Positions 17,475-32,929 of a DNA stretch of 64,000 bases are shown piece by piece. Origin of the DNA: the human T2T-CHM13v2.0 reference genome, Homo sapiens. A program made the position numbers and the translations under genes. Location: NCBI RefSeq assembly GCF_009914755.1, contig NC_060937.1; one strand, written 5' to 3'. The notes beneath the pieces are model-generated. The model saw nothing but the letters and a program-made list of their open reading frames with translations. It made no database searches and had not been told where the DNA came from. Positions within the stretch are counted from its first letter, which is position 1. Each line of letters starts with the position of its first letter.

Positions 17475-18241
17475 TCATGGAGACCCTCAGATTGCTGCCC
17501 TAGTCCTGGGTCTTGGGGAGGACCAAATGGTGTCGCCATGGGGGCCATGGGTGGACCTCAGCTGGACCTTGGCCTGGCCTTGAAGGGGAAGGACGGGTGG
17601 TGAGGGCTGGGTTGTGATTTTAATATGTCCAGTGCATGGTCTGTTACTGTGGAAGGGAAATGCTATCTAGAAAGCCCCTAAATCCAACAGGGTTTAGTGG
17701 CTTTTGTAGAAGCAAAGGAAGACAGCTGATGAGGCTTGACAGGCCCTTCCGTTGTGACAGGCAAGGCCCTGCAGCATGGCCTGGGTTGCCCAAACCCAGA
17801 AAGAGCTTACTGCTCTGAGCGAGTGGATAACAGGAATTTGACGGTTAGTGATGGTAACTAGGCCTGGGGGAGGAGGATCTAAAAGGAGACAGGCCAGAGG
17901 AGATGGTGGTAAGATGGCCCAAGAGGGGCCTGGCCAGCAAGACGTTCTACATCTTGGAGCCTGCCCGGTGCATTTTAGAGAGGGGCATCTGATTCATTTG
18001 ATGTTGGTTTCCTCTTGGTGCTATGCTCTGTTGAACCTCAAACTCATTAAAAGTCTGTAGCATGCCATGCGTCAATGGCACTGGGGGGAAATCCATGAAG
18101 GTGGATGGCACAGTGCATGGGCTAAGTGGGCCAGAAAGAAAGGGAGGCAGACCCAGGAAGAAGCAAGTTAGGAGCAGTGCACCAGGCTAGAGTGCAGACT
18201 ACCAAAAAAAAATGTTGAAACTAAGACCTCACCACCACCAG

Positions 18242-18250
<9 letters not shown>

Positions 18251-18273
<23 letters not shown>
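18251..18273. repeat. (AT)n microsatellite
   Basis: Pure AT run. Confidence 0.9.
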
Positions 18274-18274
<1 letters not shown>

Positions 18275-18381
18275 GAATAATATTTGGCATGTAAGATGGG
18301 GCTGGAGGCACCTTAAGGATCACCCCAAGCGTCTGGAGGCCACGAGAACATCTTGGTCATGCTATTTAGCCCAAGCACTTA

Positions 18382-19501
<1,120 letters not shown>

Positions 19502-19509
19502 TTAAAATG

Positions 19510-19594
19510 AGTTTGTGAGTTTGTGTGTGTGTATGTGAGAGTGTGTGTGTGTAAGAGAGTGTGTGTGTGAGAGAGAGAGTGTGTGTGTGTGTGT
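19510..19594. repeat. Compound (TG)n/(GA)n microsatellite within an old L1ME-like fragment
   Basis: Seen directly. Confidence 0.85.
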
Positions 19595-20459
19595 TAAAAC
19601 CACACTCAAAAAGACATATCCCCAAATGTTACCGGTGATGATTATCTCTGGGTGGCAGTTTTGCAGGTCATATTTTTTACTTTCTTCTTTATGCTTTGGT
19701 ATGTTTTTTGTTATCAGAGGAGAAAAGTGGTCATTTCATGAACTTAATAAAAATGACTTGGTCACATTCATTTTTATTAAAAATTATAACTCTGAAAATG
19801 ACCCTTGCATCCTTAGTGGATTTTGTCATCCTTTCACCAATATCCTGAATTTCCTAGGCCCCCTCACTCCCAGGGGCAGGGCTGCTGTCTGTCAGGGACT
19901 GGAGGGGCTGCGTGGGAGAGGAGGAGGATAAGAATAAGCTTGGGGAGCAGAGTTAACCTTCTGTGAAACTGCAAAGAACCCAATTTGAAACCCCAAATCC
20001 CACAGATACACATCTATCAAGGCCAGAACAACAACAACAAATCACAAGCTTCTTTCAAGCATTAGAGAAAACACTCATGAATTATTTAATATTGGTACCA
20101 AAAGCTCTAACCTTAGTATAAGGGGCCAGTGAGCCCCCTGAATAAAACTATCATTAATTTACACCATGGTGGGCAAGTCAAAGATTAAACAAACTGTCTG
20201 ACAGTCGCATGATGGAATGTAAAGGGTGCTCAACTGATGAATGTGTTTGGATTCTTTGCTCTCCATCAGGAGGGGTGCCCAAGGACACGCCTTGGTGAGG
20301 AGGGAAGCATGAACTCAGGCCTCACCCCACTCCAGCTCCAGCAGTCCAGGCTGGGTCTGGGCAGCCACCGTGGGCCTCTCCTGCCCTATGCACCACCCTA
20401 CTACCTAGCCTACGTATGGTCAGAAGCTGGATTCTCAAATACAGTTTGTCCATTTCATT

Positions 20460-20628
20460 TCTTTTTTTTAAGTTGTGGTGAAGTGTACAGAACATAAAAT
20501 TTACCATCATCACCATTTTTTAAGTGTGCCATTCAGTCATGTTCAGTATATTCACGTTGTTTTGCAAGCGATCTCTGGAACTTTTTCATCTCAAAAAACT
20601 GAAAGTGTACCCTTTAAATGACACCCCT
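20460..20628 (-). mobile_element. L1MB-like 3' fragment
   Basis: aacataaaatttaccatc...gtatattcacgttgtt...gaactttttcatct. Confidence 0.65.
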
Positions 20629-20894
20629 CATCGATTCTCCTTCCTTCATCATTTCCCTATTGCTGTCCTTCTTGGAGTCTTAGGAAAGTCCCACCTGTCT
20701 CAGCCGTGGTAAGTGGACCACAGGGAAAACATTGTCCAAACATGGCACCAGAGTGTTGGAGAGGCAGCCTAGAGCCGTGGCAGCACAGAAAACTGAAGTA
20801 AGAGATCCCCACAGAGGATGGGCTCAGGGCCAGGCTCCAGCTTGGAGGTGCAGGGTTTCCCTTTAATCAGGGAGGTGGGATTCCTGATGGCCTA

Positions 20895-21194
<300 letters not shown>

Positions 21195-21564
21195 TCAGAA
21201 AAGGGTGAAATGTTGCTAAAACGAAATGCGCGTGGGGTTAGGGATTTGTGAGGTTTCAAAGGTAACTATGAATAAGTGCCCTGTGGAAGGAAGGTAGATA
21301 CTCCAGGTCCATAATTGCTGTAGGTCAATGGATTTCTAATTGTCTCAAGAAGGGAGAGTGAAAGGACAACAAGATCTACTTCTTTCTTCATCACAGATTT
21401 GCTGTCAGACATTAGGCAAAATAATGTCTTCTTTTAGCCTTGTTCCTTGCTGATAAACACCCAATTAGGAGATTGTACAGTTCCTTAAGTAGGTGGTGAG
21501 ACGCTCACCACAGGAAAGAGATGATAGATCTCCAGATATGTTGAAAATGCTCTAACAGTTGTCA

Positions 21565-21783
21565 GTTTCTATAATAACTCAATTGTACATTTTTAAATAG
21601 CTGAAAGAGTATAATTGGATTTTTTGAAACACAAAGGATAAATGCTTGAGGGGATGGATACCATGTTTTCCATGATGTGATTATTTCACATTGCATGCCT
21701 GTCTCAAAACATCTCATGTACCCCATAAATATATACCTACTATGTACCCACAAAAATTAAAAATAAAAATTTTTTTAAATAAA
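21565..21783 (+). mobile_element. L1MA-like 3' end
   Basis: acaaaggataaatgcttgaggggatggatacc...tactatgtacccacaaaaattaaaa. Confidence 0.8.
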
Positions 21784-22406
21784 GATGTTTTCAGTTTCTA
21801 AAGGAACCAAATTTACACTCAAATCGTGGAATAAATTAAAATTAGTATGGTTGTTTGAAAAGTACAAGGAATAATAAAATAGAGAGTTTCAAGAATCTAT
21901 TCAGTAGCTTACGAGGTTCCGGGCTCTTTCCTGACTGTTCCCTTCATGATCTTCACAACAATCCCGTCATGAGTGACTGATACCATGGAAGTTCAAGATC
22001 CAAGATGGGTTTCAGTGGAGAACTCATGGTCTCTAGAACTGACCAAATCAATACGTGTACTAATAAAAAACTCTCTGAGGAATTTAGGAAATAAGAAGAC
22101 TTGAGGAGAGGAAAAAAGGGACAGATGTGTTAACATGGGCATTTTGATTCAATGTAGAGTTATTTTATTTTATATGGGCATTTTGAAAATAGGATGGTAT
22201 TAAAAGTGAATATGATTTATAGACTGGTGTGTCAGGAAAGAAAACAGCATCTCTATGTGTACAAGATGTTTATTAAGTGTATGCATTTTGTACTACTAAG
22301 AAACATTTTTAAATAGGAGGATTTTCCTTTTATACTTGCAAAATATCAAAGGAAAGCTCTAAGAGCTTTCTTAGAGGAAGATGTTGAAGGACCACAATAT
22401 ACACCT

Positions 22407-22758
22407 TGATATGATTTGGCTCTGTGTCCCTACCCAAATCTCATTCTGAATTGTAATCCCCACATGTCGAGGGAGAGACCTGGTGGGAGGTGATTGGATC
22501 ATGGGGGCGGTTTCCTCCTTGCTGTTCTCATGATAGTGAGTGAGTTCTCATGAGATCTGATGGTTTAAAAGTGTGGCACCTCCCCTTTGCTCGCCCTCTC
22601 TCTCCTGCTGCCTTGTGAAGAAGCTGCCTACTCTCCCTTCACCTTCCACCATGATTGTAAGTTTCCTGAGGCCTCCCCAGCCATGTGGAACTGTGAGTCA
22701 ATTAAACCTCTTTTATTTACAAATTACCCAGTCTTGGGTAGGATCCTTATAGCAGTGT
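22407..22758 (+). mobile_element. MSTA/THE1D-like LTR, 3'-truncated
   Basis: tgatatgatttggctctgtgtcc...ccatgattgtaagtttcctgaggcctccccagcc; lacks the terminal ...actaataca. Confidence 0.85.
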
Positions 22759-22760
22759 CT

Positions 22761-23008
22761 CCTGGTGCTTCTGCTCCATCACATTGGTCACCTCTCCACC
22801 TGCTTTCTGACTGGCAGAAGCTTTTGGAAATCTCTCTTCCACAGATGGCCTTTCTCTTTTAAAATGAAACTGAGGAGAGGAAAAGTAGAAACCTCGAGAA
22901 CAAAGAGAACAAGAGAAAGGCCATCCATGGAAGAGAAATTTCCAAAAGCTTCTGCCAGTTGGAAAGCAGATGGAGAGGTGACCAATGTGATGGAGCAGGA
23001 GGACCAGG
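22761..23008. repeat. Inverted repeat: 98-bp arms (22761-22858 / 22911-23008), 52-bp spacer
   Basis: Manual alignment of arm 1 to the reverse complement of arm 2: 90/98 identical, no gaps. Confidence 0.95.
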
Positions 23009-25143
23009 TCCCAGAACATCATGGGTGGGGTGGCAGCTGAGAAGAGGGACAATTCAACCTTCAGGAAGTGGAGACGCTCTAGACTGGGTGACACCAGGCA
23101 CAATAAGGGCTGGGCATGGGATGAGACTAAAAAACCAGGAGGCTCAGTCTCTTAGTGCAGCAGGCCCAGCTGCCAGGCATCCTTCTTGAAGGCAGGTGAC
23201 AGAAGGCTCACACCTGGAGGTAGGTCCACACTTGTTTATTCTCCCTGCATTTTCTCTTGCTGCTTCCTTTGCCTTGGATGTTCTCATTGGCTGACTCCGA
23301 ATTCATCCATTGAATCTTGGCTGGAACTGCTCCTTCTCCAGGAAGGCTACCCCTCTCCTGGGCTAAGTTTCCATCCTCTAGGTTCCCATGGGTCTCATTA
23401 CCTAACCTAAGTCTATGATGACAGATATCACTTTAGAGATTTTTGGTGAAGTGGAGGAGAGAGAAACAAAGAATGGACAAAGCCATTCTTTGGCTGACCC
23501 AGCCTGACCCCTGAGGAAGGATGGGTATTATTTAATAGTAATGCAAGGTCCATGGTGGTTTTGCACCTCAAAACCCACCTCCACATGGAGGGCACATCTC
23601 CAAGTCTTCAGAAGGCAACTGTCATCAGCGTTTAGCTTAATGCAAAGGTCTCAATCTTGTTTGTGTTCATCATATTATTTTTTATCTGGGTTACCCTATT
23701 ATTTGATTTAAGTGATTCAGTCCTAAGTGTCTCTGGAGGGAGGGTTTGGCTAGCAGCTCAAAGCAGCCTCAGTCGGTTGCTGTTAATTGTTAAAGAGTTA
23801 GGAAAAGAGTCAATGTTGGTGTCTTAGCTATTAAAGGCTAAGAAAGCATCCGGCCATTGGCTAGCTTAACATGAATGTTGTCTTGTTGTGAATCTCCTGA
23901 ATCTCCTCAAGTATTATCCTCTGAGGATAACATTTATAAACTAAAAAAAGAAAACATTAGCATAGAAATCACCACCTCAGCCACTGAACTCTCTGTCATC
24001 CAAGCTAGTGGACAATAGCCCTTTCAGCTGCACCTTTGCTAGAGGTGAGATTCCAAATATTCAAACATGTCGCCTATTTCCAAAATTTCAGCTTTAGGAT
24101 TCAAGACTTGTGTCACTTTCCCACACCTTGCCATTTCTGCAAAGCTCAGCAGCAATTACCATCCCAGGATCACTCTGAAACACTGACAAGTGAGCTCCTT
24201 GGCTGACACTGAAGAGCCTGTTCTTCCAGGTCCCACTTCCCGGGCTCTGCTGGCCCAGTCAATACATGGTCATTATAAAACTCGTTATAAAAGATCGAAA
24301 GATCTTTTGGATCCTGCTGTGGCTGGGGAGTGAGTCAGTGGCGGCACACTGGTGACGTTATTTGTGGCTGACCCATATGTGCCTGTGTAACTAACTCTCA
24401 TCACAAAAGAGGGCTTTCCTCCACTTGTCCAATTATCCTCATTAGTCCCCCCACTGCCTTGCCCTAAATCCTTCATGGGATAAGGCAGGGGCATAAACAA
24501 ATGTAAGTGAATAAACAAATTGCTTTATTCTCCTACTTAGCCCTGCCTGCCTTCCCTGCCCCTTGACCCAGTCTGAGATCCCAGTCCTGAGAGTGATAAT
24601 GCTATCCCCCATCAGTGTCAGGGTGACTCTGTAACAGTGGTACCTAATCCCAGTGGTTGTTAGACTCTCCTGGGGTGCTTTTAAAGAATATCTATGCTGC
24701 CCTTTTCCTAAACCAATTAATTTAGACAATTAAGTGATTCTAATACACAGTGGCTGAATCATCACTCTACAGGGACCCGAACATAGGGGAGACAGCAAAG
24801 GGGCCCACGATCTCCACCTCAATGACTGGTTTAGAGTGGAAAACCTCAAATCCTGGTTATACTCCCTGGGTTTGCAAGAGCAGACAGGAGTGTCTCCATG
24901 ATGACAAGAACACAGGGGACATGACACAAGGGGACAGGATACAGGTCATTGAGGGACGAGAACAAAACTCTGGGTTAAGGGGCCCAGACTCCTCATGTCT
25001 TTGTGTCCTTCCTATGGCTTAGCACACAGAGAGGCCCAGGTAACGAGACTCCATCCATCCCCTGCTGCTCTCTCCTATTGGCCCAAAGTATGAGAACATC
25101 TCACCCACAGGGGCGCACTTTCCCATTCTGATCTCTTACTGTC

Positions 25144-25272
25144 CAGGGGACAAAACATCCTGGCATGCTCAGGAATCATCCCAGTTTATGCCTGTTATCC
25201 CAGTGGGATTATGCATAGTACCTCTTTTCACTCTCCAACGTGTCCCTAGTTGGGGGATAAATTACCTGTTCC
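25144..25272 (+). mobile_element. MER94-like hAT-Blackjack MITE
   Basis: tcccagtttatgcctgttatccc...tttcactctc...gataaatta. Confidence 0.6.
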
Positions 25273-26405
25273 TTTATCATATAAACCACAAGTTATGCCA
25301 CCTCCCCCAAGTCTGTTACCACCTGCGATAAGCTGCATTTTATTATCAAGTTACTGTAAATATGCATAACATTTTCCTAAATTCTTCACTTTAATCCATG
25401 TTTTTGATCACCAATCTTTTGAATAGGATTTATTCATTTGAATTATTCATTTGTTTTCACCTAAATCTTATCCACAATATCTCATCTAAAATTTCCGGAT
25501 TTGGTTTATTTAAAGTGATCTAGGCACCTGAGAAAAAAACTTGAGTGTAAAATCCTTCTAGTTCTTTATAATTTATAATTTTTTTCAAATCTGTCACATT
25601 TGCTTATTCCAAACCTCATTTTGTTGCTTTTTAAAAAGCAATTCTCTATTAGTGAATCTTTCTAAAACACTCAACTTAGTTTCCATAAAAGAAATTATAT
25701 TTTATCATTCATATATTATCATATTTAATTAAAATACATGATTATAAATTATAAGAAGTCCAAATTATATAAACCAGTTTGGGAACAAATATAACTTAAT
25801 TTTAATAAGCAAGTCATTCAACTTGTGAAGCTGAGAAGTACATAGGCATATCCTAGTTTTAAAAATGTTTTATTATAAAAAATTTTTCAATACAAAAACT
25901 ATAGAAAATAGAACTATGAACCCCATATACTCATCATCAGCAACAACCATCACCTTTCTGCCATTTTTGTTCCTCTATCAACCTCTCACTTTTTTTTCTG
26001 AAAGCTAATCCTAAAAAAAGATAATTTTACTCATAAATACTTCAAAATGTATCTTTAACAGATAAGAGTTTTCAGCAACATTATCCACAATATTATTATA
26101 CTCAACAAAACTGATAATTTCTTAATATCAGGAAGTACCTAGTTTATGTTCTATTTTTCTTGACTGACTCAAAAATGTCTTGTGCAAGTTGGTTTGTTCA
26201 AATTAGGATCCAAACAAGGTCCACATTTAGTTGCTACCTGTTTAAGTCTCTTTAATGATTTATGCAGGTGATTTAATTGAAGAATCTGCATCTCTTGTTC
26301 CATAGACTTTCTCACATTCTGGATTTGACTGACTCCTTCTTCTGGGTATTGGTTCACATTTCTCTCTTCCTCAAATTCCCTATAACTGGTCCTCAGATCT
26401 GGAGC

Positions 26406-26600
26406 AGGGCTGTCCAGTAGGACTTTCTGTAGTGCTGGGAATGTTCTACATCTGCACTGTCCAATATGGTAGCCACTAGCCATGTGAGTGGCTATTGAGT
26501 ACTTGCAAAGTGGCTACCGTGATTGAGGAACTGAACTTTTAATTATTAAATTTAAATTTAAATAGCCATATGTGACTGGTGGCTACTGAATTGCAAAGTT
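26406..26600. mobile_element. MER3 hAT-Charlie MITE
   Basis: cagggctgtccagtaggactttctg...ctgtccaatatggtagccactagccatgtg...ggctattgag. Confidence 0.8.
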
Positions 26601-27872
26601 CAGATTTAAAGGTTTAATTCAATTCAGATTTAATTTTTTAAATAATAAGGTTAGTGGTGCTGTGTATCACACACCAGGAGGCACACAGTGCATATTTTCC
26701 TGTTTCGTGCGATGTTGACATCGATTGGGGGTTTATGTGATGTTGGCTTGATCCATCTACTAGAAAATTTGCCATCTACCTTTTACTTAATGCTTTTAGC
26801 AATCATTGTCTAGATTCATTATTTTACTACTAGTTGCAAAATGTTGCTTTTCCAGTTCTTCAACCTTCCTGCATTTATTAACTGTGCTTTTGGTATGAAT
26901 AACTTTCCCTCATCAACCACATAGTCTGTTTAGGAATGGCAGAATACTTGCTCTTTTTTTCCCATATAATAAATTGATACCCTAGAAAGTTTTCGAGGTA
27001 ACCAATAAGGTTCACTTGCTTGTTTGTTTTGGGGGGGTATTATTTAAAATTCATGTATTTTTAACATATTTGATGTCTTGTCATCAGTTGTAATTATTCT
27101 TTTTGATGCTCACACTGTCCTGCATTTTGACAGCAAGAACTCTTTCATGGTGGATCCGGAGTCTCTTTGACACAATCCTGGTATCTTTGAGAACCTCTGA
27201 ACTTTTAGACATAACAAATGCCCAATATTCATCTTGTACATTTTCTACTCCAGACCTGGATTCTGTTACTTCTCCAAAGAAAACTTAATTTTTAGTTGGA
27301 AGTGGCATTTAGACAGCACAATATACATGTTACGGATTTTATTGCTACAGGGTTGTCATTACTTCTAGGCCTTTTCAGTGCAATAAATGAGGAAATACTA
27401 ATCTTTTAGAAATAAAAAAATCTTGAGTTCATACTGATATTTGCAACTCAAACTAAAACGGTGTGTTCACGGTTCCTCTTCCCACACTTTGTATTATTGC
27501 TACAATACATTTCACTTTTAATTATGTTGTAAACACACAATATATTGCTACCCTCTTTGCTTTAGACAATTAGTTATAATTTAGAGAATTTTAAAATGTT
27601 TTAAACCCACAAATTGTATTTTTACCTTTTCCCAGTCCTCCTCACCTCTTTGTGTGGATCTAAGTTTCTATCTGGTACCACATTTACTCTTCAAAAAGTA
27701 TCCTTAATATTTATTGTACTACAGGTCTGCTGAAAGATGAATTCTCACAGTTTTTGCTTGTCTAACAAATACTTCTTTTGCTTTCATGTTTTAAAAGATA
27801 TTTCCACTGAGTATAGAACTCTGTTGATAAGTATTATTTTTCTTTCTTTCAGCACTTTAAAGATACCACTTT

Positions 27873-28231
27873 TAATATGGTTTGGCTGTGTCCCCACCCA
27901 AATCTCATCTTGAATTGTAGCTCCCATAATTCCCATGTGTTATGGGAAGGACCCTGTGGGAGATAATGGAATCATGGGGGTGTGTCTTTCCCGTGCTGTT
28001 TTCATGATACTGAGTCTCTTGAGATCTGATGGTTTTATAAAGGGGAGTTCCCCTGCACATGCTCTCTTGCTTGCTGTCATGTAAGATGTGCCTTTGTTTC
28101 TCCTTTGCCTTCCACCATGATTGTGAGGCCTCCCCAGCCATGTGGAACTGTGAGTCCATTAAACCTCTTTCTTTTATAAATTACCCAGTCTTAGGTATGT
28201 CTTCATTAGCAGTGTGAGAACAGACTAATAC
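27873..28231 (+). mobile_element. THE1B/C solo LTR
   Basis: atatggtttggctgtgtccccacccaaatctcatcttgaattgtagctccc...gagaacagactaataca. Confidence 0.9.
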
Positions 28232-31200
28232 AACTCCATTGTTTCCTGGCTTGCATCATCTCTGATGAGAAATTTATTGTAATTTTTATCTTAGTTATGC
28301 TGTGTAATGAGTCATTTTTCTCTTTGTCCTTTTAGCAATTTTATTATGATATATGTAGGTTTTATCACTGTTGTTGCTGTTGTTGTTGTTATTGATCCTG
28401 CTTGGTTTTTCTTAACTTCTTAGATCTGTGGTTTAGTATATGTCATTAATTTGGGGGAAAATCTCAGCCATTGTTCCCTCAAATATTTCTCATACCCCCC
28501 TCTCTATTTCTTCTTCTCTGGGATTCCAGCTATACTTATATTAGACCCCTTGATGTTGTCCCATAGTTCTTGGATGCTCTGTTTTTTATTTATTTACTTA
28601 TTTGGTTTTTTTTTTAACTATATCTTCTTTTTGTGTTAGTTTTGGTCATCTCTTTGGACCCATCTTCAAGTCTGCTGATTTTTTCCACAGCTGTATCAAG
28701 TCTACTGATGAGCCCAGCAAAGGCATTCTTCATCTCTGTTCTGTGCTGCTCATTTCCGGTCTTTTCATTTGGTTCTTTCTTATGGTTTCCATCTTTCTGC
28801 TGGAATTATCCATCTGATCTTGTGTGTTTTCCACCTGTTCCGTTAGGGCTTTTAACATATTAATTATAATTTTTTAAAATTTTCCTGTCTGATAGTTCCA
28901 ATGTTCGTGTCATATCTGAGTCTGGTTCTATCAGTTGCTTTGTTGCTTGGTACTGCATTGTTCTTTTCTTGCTTTTTCACATAATTCATAATTTTTTTGT
29001 TGAAAGCCAGGCATTTTATGTAGGTCAGTAGACACTGAGGTTTTTATGCCTGCAAATGGTCTTTCCTTTGGCTAGGCCTTTAGTTTGGTTTTGAGTCAAT
29101 CTAGATAAGATTTTAGCTGGGACTGGGACTGTTGTTGCTATGGTTACTCGAAATACATCACAGATTTTAAATCTCTCTAGAAATACCTTGTGTTTAAAGT
29201 ACAGGCTAATTTTCCAGAGAGTTTGTCCTCAATGTCTGCTGCATCCTCAGCTTTAGGTCTTTCCTTTCTGCTTTCCTAAAGAGAGGGTTTCCCTCCTCAC
29301 TTTTGCCCCTCTGTTAGCAGTATTCCACTGTCAGTTTCTACCTGATGCTTGTTAGGATGGTGGTGAGAGACAAGAGGGCATTCACTGTTTTCTGATAAAG
29401 CCCCAGTCTCAGGCAGGCGCTGTGTCCCTGGGGATGTGGCCTTCTCCATGGCCTTGTAAGGTTGAGAGTGACATTCTTTCCTGCTCTCCACATCCTGAGC
29501 AGAAACTGACAGTCTCTCTAATTCAAATTGAATAGTAGAGGTTTCACACTTAACTTCTTTAGTTCATATTTGTATCTCTATTAAACTGAATATCTTGGTT
29601 CCATGCAACATTAACAAGATTATTTATTTATTTTACCCTACTATATACAATCATTTCAAAATAGTAACTTCAACATTCCAATAGTAAGCCCACTGAATGC
29701 AGTTTAAGATGTGTGTGTACATCTGCGTGTGTGTTTTGTCCTTGGACTGTATAAACCAAAATTCTGTTTTAAAGTCTCTTGAAATAATGCTTTTCTGTGT
29801 GATTATGCCTTTGACTTCGTAATTTGTTAGATTCCTATGCTTCAGTTGAGTTTCATGTTTAAGGATTGCTTTTTTCTTTTTGCTTTAATATTTTAAAACT
29901 ATGTAAATAATATGCATGGCTCCAAAACCAAAACTATAACAAACATTCAAGAGAGGGCTTGCTTTCATGTCAGTCCCTTCTCCTCATTTCCTCTATCTTT
30001 GCTTTAGTATTTTGTTTATCTTTCTATCATTTCTTCGAAAATACAAGCAAGCATATTTGTATTTACTGCTTTTTAAAAAAACAAAAAGGAGCATACCATG
30101 TACACCTGTGAGTACTGCTTTCTTCACTCAACGTATCCTGAGGATCACTCTATAGCAGTAAATAGAGATCCTCCTCATCCCTTTTAATAGCTGTTCTCCA
30201 TTGTACAGACATGCATAGATGCAAACAACAATCCCTTATTGATAGATCTTTGGGTAGTTTGCAATCTTTTGCTATTAGTGCAGCAATGAAAAGTCTTGTC
30301 ATATGTCATTTTGTATTTTGCCTGTAATACTATAGTTAGAGATAGGCTTCCATTTATAAATACCCAGCTTGTTCTGGGTGTCTTAATGAGGGAATGGTGA
30401 GCATCAAGTAATCTGGCAAGTTAGTTAAGTAGGGTTTGGTTAATAGAGCTTCTATTGTCCTTTTATAAATTATACTTTTAAAGGTCACCAAATGGATTCT
30501 ATGATGATTTTCTAAGTACCAAGTCTAAACTACCAGTCAGGGGCTGAGCCTTTTCTATTTCTGGATTGAACTCATGCTGAGCTCAGCTTTTTCTGCCTTC
30601 TCACACTTTCCATGGGGCTTTCTAACCTACACTATGACATTCCCGCAGAGATTCCTTCAGGGCTCAGGCTATTGTCACAGGAAAATCTACTTTACAAAGA
30701 GGTGGTTGTGCAAAATGAGATTTCAGTCATCAATACCCCTAGGTGAAACCCAAAAGTCTTCCCTCCCTGAACTCACAACTCCAAGCAAAAGTGGATTGCT
30801 TCCCTCCCAATCCTGATTTTTTTTTTTTTCCTAGCCCAGACCTTTTGGTCTTTGGAAATGCCAAATGTAATGCAGGCTGTTTCCTGCTGCAGCCTTCCCG
30901 GCTGAGTTTCACAGGGTCCATGTCCCTTTGCCATCAGCCCTGAAGTAGCCCAGGGAGACAAAGCTTTCTCTAAGAGAATCTGTATCTTATTGCCAGCTCC
31001 ACTCCAGTTTGCCTTTCACATTTAACCCTCCATGGCCTTAGGGTTATCATTTTCCGAGTCTTCCCTGCTCCATCTCCCTACCCTAGGCCTGAGCCTCGGA
31101 TTACTTTTCTCAGATGGAATCCTTTGCACTTTCCAAACAAAACTCCTTTGTGTTTCTCATTTCAATTTCCAATTCCTTGAGGGCAGTTTCTAATTTTATA

Positions 31201-32701
31201 TTATTTATCTTTTTTTTCATTTCATATCAGTTTGCCATCCTGCTTGGCTTCACCACCCTCCGGGTACCTGAGATGCTCCCTTCCCCAGTCTGTTCATTTT
31301 CTTCTGGGCTCTGTCAGTATTTTTCTGCAAGAGATCTAAATTCTACAAAATAAACTTCCCGTTGTAAACAGCAACATTGTGTCAGAAAGGAGAACCCAGC
31401 CAATGCCAAGGAGACCACTGCTAAGCATCCAGCCCCCTCTCACCTCTTCTACTTGGCAATTCCCCTCATCTCCTCAGAGGGTCAACTCATGTGTCATCTC
31501 CTCTCTGAAGCTTTCACCAATTGCCGCAGACAGACCCAGGCACATCTTTTCTATGCTCATTTTCTATCTCATTGGATACATCCACATCGCACACTGTATT
31601 AATTCATACTGGACCAATGATCCTCAACCTCTTCTGTGAGATGACTTTGGCAAATAACACTCACAAATATGACATACCCCTACTGATAAATGCACACTGC
31701 CAGCTGCTGCATACATGAGACAGGTTGTAGGATATTCACAACTCCCAATGTTCTGCTTGTAATTCCACCTGTTTCTCATCCAAGGCACCTCAACACACCA
31801 GTGTGGTTCAAACAATGACACTGAGAGTTGCTGCCTCAAGCTATGGGCTGCATTAGGGCAAATATATTGTCTTTATGTATGAACATCGAGCATCTATTTC
31901 AGTACTTTGGGACTTAATTTGGCAAATTTTAGGAACTCCACTTTCGATTTCTGTGAGGTACTAATAATACTTTCTTGGGATAATCATACCTAGGTATCTG
32001 AATGTCAATATTGGTGATGAAATTTCCAGGGTAAAACGTGGAATTGGTCCTGATTGAGAAGGTCATTTTATACTTGGATCATTCAACTGGGTGAAATTAA
32101 ATGCAAAACAAGCCAAATTTACCCACAAGCAATTTAATATTACCAAATAAGGTTTTTCTGGTTTTAAACCTTAAAAGTTTCATCTAGTGCCTCTTTTTTG
32201 CCTTTTGCTATCCTTGGGATGGAGGTACAGGACCAAGGCAAAAGTGATACTTATCTATTTCTTTTATATTACAGCACCCAAGGAAATGTATGCTCATAAT
32301 TGAACAGGGTTTTATGGAAAAAGAATGGGAGTTTATGAAACAAGAACTGTAGACTAGGAAGAAAAAAACTTAGAAAAAAGTATCATCACTGAAATTTAAA
32401 TACATAGGCACACATAGCCACATACAAATTTTCAATAGATGAGCTAAATAGTCAACTTGCCAGGGCTGAAGAAAAAAATCAGTGAAATAGACAACTGAGC
32501 TGAGAAAATTATCACAAAGAGATAAAAATAAGAAGTTTGTCAGAAACTCTAGTATAACTAAACCATGGTATTATCTATTATAACTAAATATTAAAATAGT
32601 TTTGGGAGAACAGCTGCATATCTTTTGTTTCTGGTAACAGGTTGTAGACTCACTGGATCCAACTAACAGTTTTAGGCTTACTTTTTCCCCAGCTTTATAA
32701 T

Positions 32702-32867
32702 GTTTGTTTTTGTTTGTTTAGAGGCAGAATATCTCTCTGTCACTCAGGCTGGAGTGCAGTGCCGTGACCATCGTTCACAGTGGCCTCGAACTCCTGGCCT
32801 CAAGCAATCCTCCTACCTCAGTTTTCCAAAGTGCTGGGATTATAGGGATGAGCCACCTCACCTGGCC
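32702..32867 (-). mobile_element. Alu monomer (FRAM/FAM-like)
   Basis: Single right-arm-like monomer; TSD cagctttataat on both sides. Confidence 0.8.
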
Positions 32868-32929
32868 CAGCTTTATAATCTTAAAGCCATTACTTATTTT
32901 GTTAGCCCCTTGTAACTCCTGGCCTTATA

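Larger units (their letters stand above)
25855..30330 (-). mobile_element. Patchwork of old L1M (L1MC/ME-like) fragments with nested MER3 and THE1
   Basis: AT-rich L1M-type motifs throughout; boundaries approximate. Confidence 0.55.
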
